Positions 13,916 through 26,900 of a DNA stretch of 64,000 bases are shown one piece after another (within the stretch, counting starts at the first letter, position 1; the number at the start of each line of letters is the position of its first letter). The notes under the pieces are model-generated. The model ran no database searches. It was not told the origin of the DNA and worked only from the letters and a program-made list of their open reading frames with translations. A program made the position numbers and the translations under genes. This stretch comes from Chiloscyllium plagiosum (lineage: Eukaryota): contig NC_057720.1 in NCBI RefSeq assembly GCF_004010195.1, forward strand, positions 67,372,844 through 67,436,843, written 5' to 3'.

Positions 13916-14619
13916 ACTCACCAGACATGAGCAAGATGCCTTTAGAAAAGAACAGGAGAATAAACTGAGGAATTTACAAGTGTATTCAATGATATTGAAT
14001 GCTGGAGTCACAATCTATTCATTGTCCTCTCTCAGTATGTGTCCATTCTGCCCATATCCTCTCTCTGGCTCCCTCCCAGTGACCGACACTCTCGCTCACT
14101 GCTCACCATCCCTGGCATCAAGGAACATGGCAGTGAGAGGGACAGAAGCAATGAAAGGTGGGGCGAAGAAACAGGGATTGGGCACTGACAGAAACAGCAA
14201 GCAGGAGGGTGGGCACAGAGAGAATCCCTTGAGCACCAGTGGCACACAGGATTGAGTTGGCACCAGTTTTGGGCACAAATCAATTTTACTGTGGCATCGA
14301 CTCTTTATCAGTCTGTTACCCTTTGGCATACCCTAACGACCACTTCACCAACATGAGTAGTATTCAGATATAACAGTATGAGATTATTATAGGGGCATTT
14401 TCTTATCAAACTTTACAAAAACAGCTGGTGTTGGCACTATTTATTAAGCTATTGATTTTATTGTGGCAAAGATAACACACATCTCTTCGGATTATTTTTC
14501 TCCCTCCAAGTAACAGGTTTATTTTACTCATCCAGAAGAAGGTATAAAACATGTTTTTTAAAAGGTTGAACATACCAGGTATTAATATAAAGACAAATTG
14601 CATTTGTTAATGTAATAAA

Positions 14620-15110
14620 GTAAACCAAGTGTTATCAAGAAAAATTTGATATCAAATCACATAAGGAGAGATTAGACCAATGAATAAGATCTTGATCATA
14701 ATGGTGGGTTTTCAGGAGTATCTTCAAGAAGGAAAGAGAGTTGGAGATTTGCAGCAGCGTAGGGGAGATCACTCCAGAATTTAGGGTCTAGGCAACTGAA
14801 AGGAGGCTAAGTGATTAAAATTGAGAATGCTGGAGGAGGAGATAGAGAAGCTGATGGCATTGATGGATTTGAAAACAAAAATGAAAATTTTTAAATGGAG
14901 GCACTGTTGTAGCAGGAACCAGGGCAGGTCAGCAAGTGCAGGGAAGACAGATACTTGAGATCTTATATGAGTTAGAACATGGACAGTAGAATTTTGAATG
15001 ACCTGAAGAACTAGGGAGGTCAGCCAGGTACGAGTGAGAACATTTAAATCCAGCGGTAATAAATTGCTAACGGCTTCAGCAGTAGTTAGGTTTGGAAAGG
15101 AGAAAGATCT
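14620..15110 (-). mobile_element. L2-like LINE 3' fragment, old
   Basis: Homologous in reverse to 25080-25445 and 63520-64000 (tttaaaattctcatccttgttttcaaatcc). Confidence 0.55.
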
Positions 15111-15118
15111 ATTGTTCA

Positions 15119-15340
<222 letters not shown>

Positions 15341-15585
15341 TCATGCTTTCTTTATGGCTTTCTCCACTCGTTGTTCAAACTAGGCCAAAGCAGATTGGTA
15401 CAATTCACTGAAATCTTTATGGACACTGACTTGCTGCTAGATTGGAGGGGGGGGGCGGGTCAATTGAGACATGCATGAAGGAAGCCCCTCTCTCTGAGCT
15501 TGTTTCTGGACACATTTCACTGCCCAGTTGACCAATTTAACATACTGTGCCACAGAGTGCTGGCTTTGTTATGTTTAGTTGACAG

Positions 15586-15676
15586 AGCCGGAGATGTGTT
15601 GCTGGAAAAGCGCAGCAGGTCAGGCAGCATCCAGGGAACAGGAGAATCGACGTTTCGGGCATAAGCCCTTCTTCAG
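15586..15676 (-). mobile_element. Penelope-like micro-insertion with intact hammerhead core and 9-bp TSD
   Basis: Minus strand CTGAAGA-A-GGGC-TTAT-GCCC-GAAACGTC-GATTC; agttgacag at 15577-15585 and 15675-15683. Confidence 0.85.
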
Positions 15677-16784
15677 TTGACAGCCTGCAGAATCTCATCT
15701 CTAATCATGTCTGTCCTGCCAGAAGTTCTTTTGTCTGAAGAGGAATTTCTACACAGAAATTCTGAGATATTATGCAGTAATCCTACTTGTTGATCCACCT
15801 ATAAACAGGTACCTTAACACATTCGGGTTGTTGAACCCGAGCCCAATGGTCCATACGGTTTATTTTGGTTAAAATACTTATCCAACAGGTCTGTCATCTT
15901 CAACAACGGGAATGTTTTCCTCCTTGTTCCGCAGAAGAGGTAGCTACAGTCTCAGAACATCATTGACATGAATACTGGTCATTTAGGTAGCCTTTCAGCT
16001 GAACTTATAAAAGCAAGAAAATCTCCACAGTTCTTGGGTGTTTTGTTTCCAACAAATTCTCTCTCTATTTCGCAGGGTGCATAGCATTAGGCTTACGCCT
16101 GCATTCTGTAAGGGAACTCACTGCAGCAAACTAATAACAGTGAGACAGCTTAAATTGTTCCATGTGGACATTATGGATACAGGCTAAGGGTCATGTGGTT
16201 ATAGTAATGTGTTTCTACTCTGAGCCAGAGGCCCGGTTTAAGTCCTAAATGCTCCAGAGGTGTGTCATAATAGGTTGATTAAAAATATCAATGGATACAG
16301 CTTCTGTTTAACCTGGTGATCCTTTGACATTAAGCTTCTAATATGACTTGATCTTTCCCTTAAGTCCATGGATAGTTTTGGACAGTTTCAGTTCAGACTT
16401 TTATTCCCAATAGCCAGCTTACAAAATTGTCCATTCTCAGCCTGTGATGAATGCAGAGGTTTCACCCTGCATTAAACAGGGGAAAATGTTTGCATCACAT
16501 TTTTTATGTGTGCTTTAATATACTTCGGGTAGATATATTTTAGAACCAATTGGTGTTACTGAGCTACAAGATAGAGACAAATGTTCAGATTCCAGTTACA
16601 GCAGATGGAGCTTTCATCTATAGATAAGCAAGTGGTTTAGATGTTAATCTAAGATGTCTCAGATGTTAATCTCATTTTAAATGGTTTGGAAATTCATAGA
16701 CAGGAGGCCAGGAATGAAGTGTAAACAGCCATTCATCAAATAATACACAGAATGCACTCTGGGGTTTTGAACTTGATTGGTTAC

Positions 16785-17290
16785 GAATCAGGAATAAGAG
16801 TATGCCACTCAGCCCCTTGAGCTAATTTGCGATTTGATTAGGCCATGACTGATTTGATTGTAGCTTCAACTCCACATTCTTGCCTACCCTTGACAACGTT
16901 TAACATCTTAATTATCAAGAACCTATCTACCTCTGCCTTAAAAATATTCCAGGACTCTGCTTCCCCCATTTCATTTAGGGAGAGAGTTCCAAAAACTGAT
17001 GACCACTCAGAGAATTTTTTTAAACTTAATCTCTGTTTTAAAACAAGCACAGGCAACCCCTGATTTTTAAGCAGTGACCCCTAGTTCTAGACTCATCCAT
17101 AACAGGAAACATCCTCTCCACATCTTCCCCATTCAAGATCCCTCAGGACTTTATAAGATTCAACCGAGTCATTTCTTTCTCTTCTAAACTCCAGCTAATA
17201 CAGACCTCTCACTTGTCTAACCTCTGCTCACAAGACAACCTACCCATTTCAGATATCAGTCTAGAAAAAATTCTCTGAACTGCTTCCAAT
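16785..17290 (-). mobile_element. CR1 LINE 3' fragment
   Basis: EAESWNIFKAEVDRFL plus CR1 3' hairpin tail. Confidence 0.8.
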
Positions 17291-17903
17291 CCAGGCTTGA
17301 TTAGTTGTTTGACTTGGGAGTAAATGTTTGAGTCTTTCTTCATTTTGGTTGTCTTGCTGCATTTTGCTGCTTCTGTGCAATATGCCTTAATTAAAACAAT
17401 AATTTCAGCCTAAAAAATGTTTGTGTGGGATGTGATGTCCTTGGGAGCAGACAGAAAAATGGTGGGCATCCCACATGGTCTCAAGTGCAATATATGGAGA
17501 TTAAAGAGGTGGTGTTATTCCTGTGGCAGGCTATTCCATTCACACCAGAAATGAAGACCTCACTCATTGGAGACTCAGTGCACTTCACATTCATCAAATC
17601 TAATCGATAAGACTGTTTTAACAGCAAGTGCTCCACAGTGCTCTGATAGGTTCATATCATAAGCCTAAGTCATGGAGCAGGCTCGAGCGTACAATTTTCT
17701 AACGCAGAGACAGGAGTGCTATCAACTGAGCCAACCTGACAAGAGGAAAGATAAACCAGCTCAACTTCTCCCTTCTTGATTACTTACAACTTCGGAGAAT
17801 CGATACAAATCCAAGTGATAAAATTGTCCAGGAATACTCTGCACATTGGAAGGGCAGAGAGAGAGGAATGTATTTGTGAAGAACAGCTGTTCTGTGCACT
17901 TAC

Positions 17904-18056
17904 CTTTCAAAGCCACCTCCATTTCACTCTTGCTATTTGCAGCATGGTGCCATGTAACCAGCAGCCCATCCTTCCTGTCAATCATTCCCTGTTGAAGTAA
18001 GTACTCCAGTAGGTCCCCACCTGGACTGAATGATCCACCTACATCAAAGTCCTTGG
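17904..18056 (-). CDS. FAM151A: FAM151A coding exon 2
   Basis: Acceptor tttgcaacttcag, AKDFDVGGSFSPGGDLLEYLLQQGMIDRKDGLLVTWHHAANSKSEMEVALK, donor AAG/GTAAGT. An alternative in-frame acceptor 18 nt further in is possible. Confidence 0.9.
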
Positions 18057-20034
18057 CTGAAGTTGCAAATAAGAATATTATTTAGATTTTACTTGTCGTC
18101 ATCACTTTAATTAAGTTGTTCTTCTCACCCTTTTGGTTCACACACTTTTAGTATTTTATTGCATTGTGACATACAAAGTGTAAATGCAAGTGACTGGATT
18201 TATTTTTCCTATATCAATCACAGTCAAATCTGATTGATTGGTACGATGCAAGTGAAACAGATTTGGGAATCAAGCGTATGCCAAAATATTCTAAAATTGC
18301 AGTGGTATTCAGCTAACACCCTCCCCACTCAACCTGCCCTTATTATCTTATCATTCTAATTCCAACATGTCCCATCGTGTGAACTGATAATTGACAAGTC
18401 AGCCAAGCTTATTAATGAGAGCTACAGAACCATACCACTCACTATTAATTGGTGTTTGTTCTTCGTGACTCAATCTAAACATGCAACCAAAGCCCTGCTG
18501 TTAATGTGGTCCTAGCTGCACAAGCAGCAGGATGTTTCCCAGCATTTTGTACACACCCAATGTTCCCTTATGCTATGTTAACATGCTCCACTAAGCTCTG
18601 GATTTAAGCATGTATGTGTATCCCTACAAATTTAAAAGAGAAAAGGCGTTCTCCAGAGTTCTGTCCAATATTTATTCCTCAATTAGCATTACTAAAATAA
18701 CTTAGCTGTTTATCATCATTGTCTTTCGTGAGAGCTTGCTGAGTGTAAATAGACTGCTTCACTTCCTATATTAAACAGTGACCACACTTCACAAGAGTTT
18801 CAATGGCTCAAAAGTTTATGTGTGGCCCCCAGATCACCAATGTGCAAGTTCATATAACTCACAAAGACATTAGAGCTTGAAAAGTTCGGTTTCAGACTTC
18901 TCGGCTTCCGGATCTGATCTGGGAGAAGCTCAAAGTAGACAAATGAATCAGAGACACTGTGACCAGAAACATAAGAAGGGTCTGGGGACTTCTGCCCACT
19001 GGCTCCTTTGCCATGCAATTAGTTGGAAAAAATAAGCACAGTAGAAACCACACAATTCAATGTCAACTGCAAACTTAAAAGCAACAGCCTATGTTCAGCG
19101 GATAAACATATTTGTGGATTACAGAGACCAGTGAAATCTCGGGTGTGATCTTTATGGTCTGTGCTGGGTTATCTGACACTCCTAGCATTTAACTTCACTA
19201 AATCTAGCTGAAGCCATCATATTATAATCTTTGCTGGACAGTATCTGTGTTCACACACTGGGTAAGCAAATCATGAGGTTCTGCCATGATGCCCTCCATT
19301 GTTGAACAACCAGCCTGCACTCAAAGCCAAAGTGAGTGGAATAACTTTCAATTGGAGGACGGGACAACCAGTAATGCTGGATTTTTCACCAATTCCCACC
19401 CCACAGTAGCTCCCCACACCAACCACCCAGACCCATTCCCATAGATCATTCACCATTGTCAGAAGCAACGAAGAATTAAAAGGGCGGGGGGGGGGGTGTT
19501 GGTGGTAACTTGTCTGGGGAGACGGGTGTGTTGGGGGAAAAGCCAGATCTTGATGAATGCAAAATAATGTCTGCAGTGAGTAATTGAGGTGACATTCAAA
19601 TAGGGAGTGTCTCAATCAACAACACTCTGCCCAAATCTGTAAATCATCCAACATTATCATTAACGTTTCTAGTGCTTCAGAGAATTCATCAGTAAAAGGC
19701 ACTGTCGGTTCTCAGAGCTCTGTGGTGTCTGTAATGAAGATAATTACAAGCAATTATGGAGCTGCGTGACTGAGTCTGAGTGCAACATAAAATAAGATGA
19801 TACAGGGAGAGGTTTTGAATTGCAACGTTTGGTCACAGCTATCTGATTAAAAGGCATGCAGCCTCCAATTCTGCAGGATCATTTCACATTGCCATCTATA
19901 AACAATTTCTACACACTGATAGCATCCTTTATTGGCTCAACCTGTAGACAAGGTTCGTTTTGAAATCTACATCTTATCAGTTTTTGACATGGAGTCCAGA
20001 CAGTGCAAAAGCGGCAAATTGTGCAGATCTTCCG

Positions 20035-20855
20035 AGGAGTGGCAGGCGGAGTTTAATTTAGATAAATGTAAGGTGCTGTATTTTGGAAAGGCAAATTAGG
20101 GCAAGACTTATACACTTAATAGTAAGGTCCTGTGGAGAGTTGCTCAATAAAGAGACCTTGGAGTGCAGGTTCATGGTTCCTTGAAAGTGGAGATGTAGGT
20201 AGATAGCATAGTGAAGGCGGCATTTGGTATGCTTTCCTTTATTGGTCAGATTAGTGAGATTAGGAGTTGGGAGTTCATGCTGCGGACATTGGTTAGGCCA
20301 CTTTTGGAATATTGTGTGCAATTCTCATCTCCCTCCTATAGGAAGGAAGTTGTGAAACATGAAAATGTTAAGAAATGATTTTCAAGGATGTTGCCAAGAT
20401 TGGAAGGTTAAAGCTATAGTCAGAGGCTGAATAGGCTGGAGGTGTTTTCCCTGGAGCATCAGAGGCTGAGGGGTGATCCTACAGAGGTTTATAAAATCAT
20501 GAGGGGGATGGATAGGGTAAATAGACAGGGTCTTGTCCCTGGGGTGGTGGAGTCAAAAACTAGAGGGCATAGGTTTAGGGCGAGAGAGGGAAAGATCTTA
20601 AAGGGACCCAAGGGGCAACTTCTTCACACAGCGGGTAGTGTGTATGAAATGAGCTGCCAGAGGCTGGTACAATAACAACATCTAAAAGGCATATGAATAG
20701 GCATGATGGGTATATGAATAGGATGAGTTTAGATGATTATGGACCAAAGTGCTCACAAATGGGACTAGATTACTTTAGGATATCTGCTCAGCATGGACGA
20801 GTTGGAGTGAAGGTTCTGTTTCCGTGCTGTCCATCTCTATGACTCTCACTCTATG
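20035..20855 (+). mobile_element. CR1 (HER1-like) LINE 3' fragment
   Basis: WQ.EFNLDKCKV..LRGD..EVYKIMRG..SKTRGH; tail tctatgactctc. Confidence 0.9.
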
Positions 20856-21604
20856 AAGGAAATTATCTCAGTAAAGAGTACTGAAAGCAGGAAAGGGGCT
20901 AACAAATAACAATAACACATGACAATTTCTGGATTTCTTTCCCATGCACACTGTGTAGTCCTAATGTGTTTTTATAGATGTATTTTGTGTCCCGATTGTT
21001 TGGACTCATAATGTTGAAGGATTATCAGCAGCAGTGTAAACACCAGCATCAGGAACTCACTGGGCAAAGAACTCTCAAACATGAACTTAGGCCTGAGCAA
21101 TCCACTACTGGGCAAAAGTAAAATTGATCAATTACAAACTTTTTCACCAGATTTCCTGAGGCAAAATGGATCCCGTTGCTCCAATTGATTTATTTTAAAG
21201 CTCATAATGTTTTAACATGGTTAGATTCAGTTTTTTATCCATTATATACAGGCAGCTTTAAGCCAGGATTATTACATTTCTAGGTAGTTTTGGACAATTG
21301 TGGGAAAATAGTGCCAAATATCAATCCTTTCAATTGCACAGCAAAGGCTGTGGCTAGGCAGACATGAGAACAACACATTCACACATCAATGGAACAAGCT
21401 TTCACCTCTGAAGAAAGTAACTTAGATTAATGACCTGTCCAGTAATTTCTTATCTAGGCAATGAGAGTTTCATGTTCCAAATCCTATAGCTATAGTGAAA
21501 AAGGGAATTCACTCTCTCAAGCAGCTTTAATACACAGAAAAGATGGTGGTTTACTAAATTAGTCAAATGAAATGAAACAGACGACTCTTCATTTTTAAAG
21601 TAAA

Positions 21605-22320
21605 ATGGAAAATAGATGGAAATACTCTGCACCTGTGGAAAGGAAACTGAATCAATGCTTCAGGTCAATGATTCTTCATAGATCTGCAACATGTTCGTGG
21701 TTTTGCGCAAGGTATGGGTGGGACAAGGGCAGAGGAAAGTCTGTGATAGGAAGGAAGACAGGGCAAATAAATGGCGGAGGAGTTGGTCTTTCAGTGCCAA
21801 AGGGAATGGTGATGGTGGGAGAAAAGAAACAAAGAAACCAAATATGCGCCTACTGACTGAAAGAAAAACTAAAACGAATTGGTCTGAAATGTTCGAACTC
21901 AGGGTTGAGTCTGGAAGACCATAAAGTTCTAAAGCAATGATGAGGTGCTGTCTATCAATCTTACATTGCTCTTCATTGGATCGATGCAACAGGACTGACA
22001 TACAAGGCGGGTAGCTGGAAGCTTACAGACTGAAGGGACTGTTTTGTGAGGTGGTCACCCAATCTGCCCTCAGACTAACATGGTGGAGGATGGAGGTGGA
22101 TAGTGGCTGGACAGCCATGCTGAAGAGGAGATGGTTAGGACCAAAATATTGGAAAATTTCCAAGTGACAGAGGGCATCAGTACAGTCACAGAGGTAGATG
22201 GGGAAAGACTGGACGAGGGGAGAAATAATTGAGACAAGATAGGATGACATCAGTTCAGTTGGGCAGGAAGAGTTTGAAACGATGGTTCCGTTAAGGCAGC
22301 TGTAATGCAGATCACGGCAA
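21605..22320 (-). mobile_element. Decayed Penelope-like element (GIY-YIG end plus terminal repeat)
   Basis: Minus-strand RLGDH..Q.L.SV and LLH.SNEEQCKIDRQHLI resemble the PLE endonuclease C-terminus. Confidence 0.65.
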
Positions 22321-23314
22321 GGAGATTGTTCTTTTTTGGCCCATGTGCTCTTAAGTCTTTAAAATGTATGATTCAAACAGCTCTGTCATTGATGACATTC
22401 TTCACTCGTTGTGATACCCATTCCCTGCAGAACACACTAACTTGCAAAGTTTCCTACAGCGGGACATTTTCATAGCATTGCTCGTGTATTGAGCATGATG
22501 TGGAGGTGCCAGTGTTGGACTGGGGTGGACAAAGTCAGAAGTCACATGACACTAGGTTATAGTCCAACAGGTTTATTTGAAATCACAAGCTTTCAGAGCG
22601 CAGCCCGTCTGTCAGGGGTAGTGATAGAGAACAGCACACCGACACAGAGTTTATAGGCAGAGAGATCAAAAGATCGTACAATTGGTGTGAGTGGAGTGTC
22701 AAATAATTAGTCTCTGTAGGTGACCAAGAGTGTCAGACAGTGTGAGTAAAGTGTCACAAGTGAAGGGGTGTTCTATAGTCCAATTAAATGATTAAAAATG
22801 GAGTGAGAGACTATAGCATGTTCTTTGCAGCCTTCAACATGTCATCGATGACAATGATCATCTTGCCAAGATCATCCCTACGTGCCCACTTCTTGCCTTC
22901 AAACAACCACCAAACCTTAAACAGATCATTGTTCACAGCAAGCTACCCAGCCTTCAGGACAATATCAACCACAACCCCACACAACCCTACCACAGCAACC
23001 TCTGCAAGACATGTCAGATCATTGATTTAGATACTGCCAACACAGCAGATACTCATGTGACTCGGCCAATATTGTCTACCTCATACGCTGCAGGAAAGGA
23101 TGCCCCAAGGCATCGTATATTGGCAAGACCAAGCATACGCTACAACAATGGATGAATGGACACTGCGCAACAATCACCACACAGGGATGTTCCCTCCCAG
23201 TCAGGGAACACTTCACCAGTCAAGGACATTCATCCTCCAATCTTCAGGTAAATGTCCTCCAAAGTGGCCTTTGAGATGCACAACAATGCAGAATCACCAA
23301 GCAGAAACTGATAG

Positions 23315-23360
23315 GATGCTGCCTGACCTGCTGTGCTTTTCCAGCAACACATTTTCAGCT
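23315..23360 (+). mobile_element. 46-bp PLE-terminus insertion with 17-bp TSD
   Basis: caagcagaaactgatag at 23298-23314 and 23361-23377. Confidence 0.85.
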
Positions 23361-23722
23361 CAAGCAGAAACTGATAGCCAAGTTTTATGACCATGAAGAT
23401 CTTGGGTTCATGTCACGCTATATGTGACCCCACCATACTGTTCTGTATCTGTAAAATCTTCCTCACTGTCCTGTTTTTACATGGTCACCTTGATAACTTG
23501 TTATGATCTCTCTACCTTAATTAACTTGTACAGTGTTGGATTACTTATTACTTTGGTTTGACCCTAGGCATGCGACTCTTATACCTACTATGTTATTCCA
23601 GTCATTTAGTTTGTCTCCAGCACCACTTTATTTTTAATTTTCTTTAATTATCTCTCTGCTTCATTTAGTCAGGTTATAGGTCATCCCTTCGCTAGTTATT
23701 CAGCTATTGACACTTTACTCAC

Positions 23723-23926
23723 TTTCACCTAGTGTGAGTACTGTAGATGCTGGAGATTAGAGTCAAGCGTGTGGTACTGGAAAAGCACAGCAGGTCAGGA
23801 AGCATCCAAGGAGCAGGAAAATCGATGTTTTGGGAATCCTGATGAAGCATTTTTGCCCAAAACATCGATTTTCCTGCTCTTCGGATGCTGCCTGACCTGC
23901 TGTGCTTTTCCTGCACCACACTCTTG
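23723..23926. mobile_element. Palindromic PLE-terminus element with 11-bp TSD
   Basis: Inverted arms around gaatcCTGATGAagcattttt; actttactcac at 23712-23722 and 23927-23937. Confidence 0.85.
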
Positions 23927-26900
23927 ACTTTACTCACGCTGACTAATACTCTTGGTCACCCACAGTGATTTATTATCTGACACTCCACTCACACCAGCTG
24001 TATAATCTTTTGATCTCTCTGCCCTTGATCCCTCTGCCTATAAGTTCTGTGTCTGTGTGTTCTTCTCTCTCACTACACCTGACAAAGGGGCTGCGCTCCA
24101 AAGGCTTGTGATTTCAAATAAACCTGTTGGACTATAAACTGGTGTCGTGTGACTTCTGATTATGTATTGAACAACACATTAGAAAAGGTCTTCTTATTCT
24201 TTAGTCCTCTACCTAAAGACAGGTCTGACCCACAGTGCTGTGACCACCACCACCAACTAAACAAGGATTCCAGACCAACCCTGCCCAATCTGATCCACAC
24301 TGGGTGATTAGAAAAGTTTTACGTAACCAATATGGCCTTTAATTGATTATTTGACTGAAATGGGAATTTTCCTTCATGGAATTTTAAGGTTTTTATGTCA
24401 GATTCTGGGTGCTCATTGTGCAGCACCTGTTAAATATATAAATATTGATATAGGGCTCTGTGGTACAGTGTTAGTCGCCCTACCTCTGGACCAGAGGTAT
24501 GGGTTCAAGTCCCACCTGCTTCAGAGGTGTGTATTAACATTTCTTAGCAGGGTGATTAATAAATATCTATAAACACTGAGAACATCAAATGCTTGTAGCT
24601 TAAGTTTAAAGTAAAGAAATCACTGTGCACAGTCATTTGAATACCTTAAAGTAAGTGTCACTTTAACTACGTCAAGAAGAATGAATGTTGAAGAAAACTG
24701 ATGTGACAGCAGTTTGTCACTGATATATCACTCAATAGTCCCTGAAAGTGTCACTGAGCAGCAGTGTCTGAATGTACGATCAGTTTGCTACTTAAAAACA
24801 GGATATGTGTATTTATGTTTACAATTGACAATGTCTTAAAACTAAGGCTTACTAATAATACACTGAATGTAGACTTTGAACTTAAAACTCACATAATCCC
24901 TACAATAACATGAATATAAAATGACAATCTATCTTGAAGTTTACAATTAGGTTATATCTATGACAGACTAAATTCTGTAAATTATTATTAAGACTCAATT
25001 TATCTCTACTGTAATCACTAATAGTTAAGCCTACAGTGGCGTAGACCATATCCTGCAGTTGTCGGGAAATGAAGTAATGGCAGTAATACAGATTAGTGTC
25101 TGCTTCCTGTTTGAAATTCTCATCCTTGTTTTCAAATCCCTCCTCACTTTTCCCAAACTCTGCAGCCTCCTAAAACTCTACAACCCTTTCAGATTTCTGT
25201 GCTTCTTCAATTCTGGCAATTTGTATATCCCAATTTTCTTCACTAAACAATTGACTGAACTTTGCTCCTAAACTCAGGAATTCTTTCACTAATCTTCAGC
25301 TCTCTTTCTCTAAGCTGCCGCTTTCAACTTCTCTCTTGGACCAAGCCTATCCTAATATCATCCTATGTGGCTTGGTGTCAAATCTGACTTGATTACAGTC
25401 CTGACAATAGTTATAATGATAAAGATTCTACGTAAATGCACGTGTGTAATTGTTAATGTCTCACAGGTATTGCACTTCATTTAATACTGAGTTTTAATTT
25501 TTAATTCTAATTTAATAATTGAAGTTTTAATTCTGATGTTGATTGGCTTGGTTGAATCTGTAGATTGAAGTTAAGCAATTTAATTTGATGTAAAAAATGT
25601 TAAACAGGGAACAATTTAAAGCTTGAATGTGAACATAAAGACGGAAATGACATCAGTTCCTAATATTCTATTCATGGGTCACTCACTGGACTTTATCAAA
25701 ATGAATTTGAGCTATGGGAAAGAGTAGGGGAGAGAGATTAACCAGACACAATGGTCTAAATTACCTTCTTTTGTGCTGTATGTTTTGATGATAATACAAT
25801 AATTGGATATGATAGAATATTATCAATTATTTAACATTTGGCTATTTTACAGAATACCTCAACAAACAACTACAGACTGGAATTTCCTCTAGTGTATCTA
25901 CATCATATTACTATCACAGCTTTGAACTTTCTCACCATCTTTAATATACTGAAATATTGCTGAGTCAACGTGAGGAATGACATTGCCTACTCGATGTGCA
26001 TGGTGCTGAACTTGCCCACCCCCTCCCCCATCAATTCTCCTCCAAGTTCTCAGTGAATGTGCTGCTTCTCGTGGATCTATGATTCCATAGGAATCTGCAA
26101 CCCAAAAGACTGTGGATGGGAGGACATGTGAGTGCGCTCTTTATAAGTGAATTTGAAAAGGCATTGTCAGTGCATTGCTCAAACACTGCCAGCATCACAA
26201 CTAAACCTAATTTTTTAGCAATGGGATTGGATCTGGGGGGTGATTATATTAGAATTTGGCTATATGTTCATTCTATGGATCAAAAAGGTTACATTTTTGC
26301 ACAAAGCCTATGTGATAGTCTCTATCTGAGACTTCCAGCAAAGTGCACAGTGATAGCAGCACATTGCTGTGAGAATCTGCTTCATAAAATGCAGCGAGAA
26401 TGGAGGGGAAGGAGTAGCTATTCGGACCTGTGAGCCTATCCCACCATTCTGTTAAATCATGATCGATTTGCACCCCAACATCATTGATCCTGGTAGCCTT
26501 ATCCAATACAGCCCCGTCTATCTCAGCACTGAAACCTACAATATCCTCGCATCCACAGCCTTTTGAAGAAAATAGTTCAGTTGTCACTGTTTTGGAACAA
26601 ACTGTGGCTTCTGATTTCGTTCCTGATGGTTGCCCCCTTCTTTTTCATCCCCTGCCAAAGGATGTGGAAGATGTAAACATTTTACCCTATATTGCATAAC
26701 ATGCAGGGATGGTATCTCTGGTGTCCTGGCCAAAAGTTGTCCAATATTGATTGGCAACACAAATTAAAACATTGCTATTTGTAGGAGCTTGTTGTGCACA
26801 AATTAGCTGTTACGTTTCCTACATTATAAGAATAATTACACTTCAAAAGTACTTCAGTGGCTATAAAATACTTTGCAAGATCTTGTGGTCATGAAAAGTG

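Larger units (their letters stand above)
22497..24160 (+). mobile_element. Penelope-like retroelement, 5'-truncated, with inverted terminal repeat
   Basis: PLLAFKQPPNLKQ..LCKTCQ..YSCDSANIVYLIRCRKGCP...YIGKT..L.Q.MNGH (zinc motif plus GIY-YIG). 22533-22755 is the reverse complement of 23930-24160, the typical inverted pLTR. Confidence 0.88.
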
